64,000 nucleotides of DNA, taken from positions 1 to 64,000 of the forward strand of contig NW_021836125.1 in the NCBI RefSeq assembly GCF_006345805.1. Reading direction: 5' to 3'. Positions 59,540-64,000 of the stretch are shown in pieces. Numbering within the stretch: the stretch's first letter is position 1; the number at the start of each line of letters is the position of its first letter. The notes under the pieces were generated by a model. It was not told the origin of the DNA. It searched no databases and saw only the letters and a program-made list of their open reading frames with translations. The DNA comes from Octopus sinensis (taxonomy: Eukaryota). A program made the position numbers and the translations under genes.

Positions 59540-60918
59540 ATGAAAATATATGGAAGAATACCTCCAATTGGTCAGGATGGGTACATATTTGTATATATAA
59601 ATAAAGCTATGTAAGCTTACTTCCCGAGGATTCCGAAGATATTGGTCCCTTTATAACATTATGAATATCGGAGACGTTTTTCGATCAGATGCTTTAAGGT
59701 AATTTATAAATAATCTTAAAATAACAGAAAAGTCGTGAACGAATCATCATCAGGGACCGTCACGACTTGTAAAGTGAAAACTCAGCTCACAATTCGATCA
59801 GAAAAAATTGACGTTGATCTTAAAGAAGCAACGATTAGAGTAGAAGGGAAGAATGTATGTGAGAACAAATATGTAAAGGTCCTCTTTTATATATTTATAC
59901 TCAGATCGGAGCCTACCACACTTTAGAGTTGGGTATCGGCCGACAAGTCACGTTGGGGAAATCAGAATGGGACTCATACTGTGTTGAGAGATTAAGTCAG
60001 GCAGTCAACCCAATGACCAATTCTGATCTCATGGCGATTATAATGCAGGAGGGAACTGCCTATGTTTGTCTGATTACCAAGTCTATGACTATTGAGCGAG
60101 ATAAGATTCAAGTCAATATTCCCAGGAAACGACCCAATTTTATGAGCGATTTTAATAAAGTTTGATTATTTGTCGGTAAATGACAGCAAGTGGATAAATT
60201 TCATCAACAGTTGCTTCGTTCTTTGCTTAAAAATGCGAATTTTGATGGTTTTATAAATATGTTTAGTAGTAGTGTTGAAATGCATTATTATTGCATCCCC
60301 AGGATTTTATAGAGTATTTTTACTTATAAATTTGAAGGAGTCTTTTTATAAGTACATAATGGATGATAAAGTTCTTTTGGAAAATAAAGTTCTTGCACAA
60401 AATAAATCAAAATTTCTGCTTGTTCACTCTTCTTCTGGTTTTAAACATTCCCTCCAACGTTCTTGTTTGTGGAGTCATTTAATATAGAAATATTGCCCAA
60501 GGTCATTTCTAAATTTGAAAACGTCCAAGTTGTTGATGAGATCAAAGAGTTGAATCGCTTCATGAAACTTCTCGAGAACGATTCTGAACGAGCCATTTAT
60601 GGGTTTTTGATTTGTCGCATTTTAGACCTAAACATGTCTTAAAGGCACGTGATTTGATGGCTGTAGATACGCTATTGATAACTGATGAGTTGTTGAGGTT
60701 TGGATTTTCTGTTATTGAGAAGAGATGAGGACGTGTGTGTTCGGAGGACGTACAGAGGTCTTGTCGAGGACATACGGCGAGGAAATGGACGCGTCAAGAT
60801 CCTTTCGTGTCAGCATTCTTCTGGAAAACGTGGAATTTATTTCATTGTTGTAGAAGTCTCCATGATGACTGGTGTATGTGCTATTCTCAGATTTCCAGTT
60901 GAGGCCGACGAAGATTAG
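59540..60918 (+). CDS. PELO: Pelota (Dom34) ribosome rescue factor
   Basis: LLPEDSED.W.LYN, IGAYHTLEL, MQEGTAYVCL, VNIPRKR, ASPGF, HSSSGFKHSL and TGVCAILRFP. One apparent 1-nt deletion near 59642. Confidence 0.97.
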
Positions 60919-61349
60919 TTGATTACTCTATTTTTAATATTTGACTGTCTTTGCTATTTAATAAAAATGATGTGCAAAAAGCTGTCACTTTTCAAATCAT
61001 ACACATGATTTTTACTGTCACAAATATTAATATGATTGCGGCATTTCATTAGTTTAATATTTTAATAATCCAAGATGGTTTATAGGAATTGTATTCTTCA
61101 TGAATGATCTTTATTTGGGTTTCTGTGGCAATCATGGGAGCACAGAGCTAAGAATAAGCCATATTTTTGAAAAGATGGCCTTCCTACAATTTTTCAATCT
61201 TCGGTGTTTACTCTGGGCTTAATAAAATGCTGTGAACTTTTTTATATTGTTTACAAATTAATTAAAAAGTTAGTCAAAAATCGATAAATTAGTTGTGTTA
61301 ATGGTTTAACTAGACTTTGAGTATTATTAAGGTTTTTTCACTCTGCATA

Positions 61350-62241
61350 CAAGCTTGTGTAATTCTTGAGGATTTGCAAATTCCCATTTTCCACATGCAT
61401 TCATCGTAGCACAGGTTCCTTTACTGTTCCTATATTCATTTGCCCAATTTTGATATTTCTAAAATTTGAATTTTGTTCACAAACTTGGTTTTTAGGTGGA
61501 ATTTGTATCCAAATCATATTGTTGTAGGAATTGACAAACAATTCTGTAAAATAATCGCAAATAATAAAGCTACGATTTAAGTTCTTATTGATTGTAAAAT
61601 TTTCAGGAATGACTGGCTCTCCTTTGATTTTTTCACATACGGTCTTCATCATGTTGCAGGGTACTTTCTGATAATATTCAAAGTAGCAATAAACGTCGTC
61701 ACAATGAAGGGGTATCTATTAGTTAAACAATAAGTTCAATTTGACTTGGTATAGTGCACAACAAGCCTCTTTCCTCATTACAGCATAGTGTCTGCCATTT
61801 CCCACACTCGTCCAACTCTGCACACATATTACAGCTGTAACTAAAAGGCTGATGATTTCCCCAATTTATGTAACGCTAAATTTGGTTCAAAAATAAAAAA
61901 CCAATGGTAAATTGTAATATCCATTCCAACTATTATTTTTCTTAATGTGTTCCAAACCAATCCAAAAGTTTTTTTCGTGTTCCTCTGACAAGTCTAAAAG
62001 GTATATTTAGATAAATTAGTTTGACCTCTCACAAAGTTATTTTCTGCTTCAGAATTGATTAAAATCAGTTTCAATCCGAATGTATCGCATATAGTTTTTC
62101 CTGTTGATATATCATATTCAGAATCAGTATGTATATAATATATTTCATTTTTTGTGTTATGAACCATTTCGTTCATTACTAGTATTGTCTTAATTAAAAC
62201 AGTATACCTAGTAGTGGTGATATAAGGAATAAAGAAAGCAT
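61350..62241 (-). CDS. Secreted C-type lectin domain protein; 3' end uncertain
   Basis: Hydrophobic N-terminus MLSLFLISPLLGIL. CTLD motifs GKTIC...LILINSEAENNFV, FWIGL, YINWGNHQP, CAELDECGKWQTLCC and LLC. Confidence 0.75.
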
Positions 62242-62504
62242 TTTGTAATAATTATTATCGACTGTATATATCCTAATTTAAATTGTTGCCTCGACCAGAT
62301 GTTGTATCAAGATCAAAGAGAGCACATATGATGCATCATTTAAGTGGAACTAAATTTTATGGTGCAAGTGAGAAAATGTGTTGTTATAAATCCACTTAAT
62401 CTTTAACAACAAATAAAAATATTAACTAGAATTTTATTTTGGTTTATCGTAATTATAAACCAAATTGTCTTTTTGTTGCTTATTTCCAAAATTTCAATGA
62501 CGGA

Positions 62505-63370
62505 AACTACAAAATTCAAGGATACCTTTTTAATTCTAAAAAAACATACATAGAATAATTAAGTTAATATTATTTTATTGTCCTCTAGAGGTTAATCTTT
62601 TTCTTTTAGAGGAGAAAGTAACCAACACCACTCCTTGATCCTCTATCTTCAAGTTAGTTACGACTCTTTTTTTTATTCGCCATATTATCTTCATACGAAT
62701 GACTTGCTTCAATTAAGAGGCTATTAGCTGAATTTATCTCCTCATCAGTGATTCTGATCCCCTGCTTGTGCTCAAAATTATACTCTCCAGTGTTTTCTTC
62801 AACACAACTGACTGTATATAAGGCTGAGTTCGTCGTCTTCGATAGCCAACTTTTTAATGTAGTTCTTAAAAACTTGAATTATTTCACTTGAGCGTCATAA
62901 AGAATTGACAACTCTCCTGCCAATAGATCGTATTTATGGCATTTCTCGACCTGCTTAGGCGGTTCTGGAAAGTGATTCCACTTCGATGAGAGTAATTTCG
63001 TCCTTAATTTTGGCGTACAAAAATTTTTCAGGCTTGTTATACTGAATATTCGTGTCTGTGATTATTTGAGAATCGACTCGTATTTCGACATTTTATTAAC
63101 GCCAGACGCTTACTCTTCGTCGTCTAACTTTATTCCATGTCTGTGTTTAATGAACATACTCCAGGTCTCCTTTAGCAAACCGTTCTTTCTTAGATTAATA
63201 ACATTCATATGACTTTTAAAGAGTTTAGAGACAACGACATCCCATGTCAAGACAATTGGAATAATCTTTACTTTTAGAGGCCCGACAATTCGTTTGCAAG
63301 CAGGTCGTATTTGTGAAATTGTTCCACTTCAAATTGCTTTAAGCGGTCCTGTGAGGTAATGTCCGATTAA
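62505..63370 (-). mobile_element. RLE-type LINE 3' composite, copy 2 (contains two tandem RLE C-termini)
   Basis: 62505-63242 is the reverse complement of 3651-4392. The extra upstream segment encodes QDRLKQFEVEQFHKYDLLANEL...KIIPIVLTWD. Confidence 0.82.
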
Positions 63371-64000
63371 AGTTAGTTCTATTTGTGTCATTTTGTAAAC
63401 AAAAAATGTCAGGTTTATTGAACTAGATTGTCGTTACTGTCAGAATTGACGTGTCAACTCTGATTTCGACATTATTGACACAACGGAGTGTCCTTTCAAC
63501 TTCCTGCTTTTTTTAATTCCATAAATTCGACACAAATAAAATACACTTTACACTTCATTATGTCGAAATGACTGACAATTCGAATAAAATAGTAATCCGC
63601 ATTCTTCCGTCTTAGGGAAAACAAAGTCCCAGAAATGACCTAGTTTCACATTAAGGAAGTTTTAGTTAGTCAAGTTCAGTAAAATTACAAAGACAGTTTC
63701 TTTTACAATTTGAACTTCACTTGCCTCAGATGCCTTGAAGTTCCGCTAAATAATTTCTCAGTCAAAGTTATCAAATAGACCGGTACTTGTTGGAGTTCCG
63801 TTTCCTAACACAAATATCCTCAGCTTTTGAAATTCGGAACTCAATCAGCAAAATCTGAAAAATTGCCAAAAATCAACTTATTACCCAATTTAGAAATAAT
63901 ATATTAAAATAAAATAAACATCATTTTAACAAAAATTAATAAAACCAATGATTTAAATTAATTTACTAATTATAAAATGAGATGACTATATTTAAATATA

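Overview
This is a compact, AT-rich animal genome segment. It uses the standard genetic code and has dense, tiny spliceosomal introns, mostly 22-31 nt in the ones counted by hand. The combination of micro-introns and metazoan genes (EAG channel, rhodopsin-class GPCR, Tollip, stonin, HSF, HP1) fits a highly reduced animal, best guess a dicyemid mesozoan (inference). Recognised genes: HSF, HP1, RPF2, sterol reductase (LBR/TM7SF2), EAG/KCNH, PDK, stonin, Tollip, a GPCR, SMC2, Rab1-like, Tim8, aconitase, an RRM protein, ADSL, mitochondrial uL11, Pelota, a C-type lectin and tRNA-Glu. These are interleaved with many transposons: a nearly full-length PHD-finger CRE retroelement plus about 7 fragments, several hAT elements with intact TIRs/TSDs (one nested three deep), a near-intact DD35E Tc1-like element, and RTE, Jockey-like and RLE LINE remnants. 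The most notable leads are (1) a Tc1 inside a coding exon of an otherwise intact PDK, with an in-frame splice-out route; (2) micro-introns whose 3' splice site appears to be chosen by distance rather than by a pyrimidine tract; (3) the PHD-CRE family; (4) a hollowed-out tandem HSF duplicate. Caveat: many conserved genes carry single-base homopolymer contractions that most likely are assembly consensus errors. Exon boundaries were derived by hand and gene ends are approximate where stated. No clearly new enzymatic or defence system was found.
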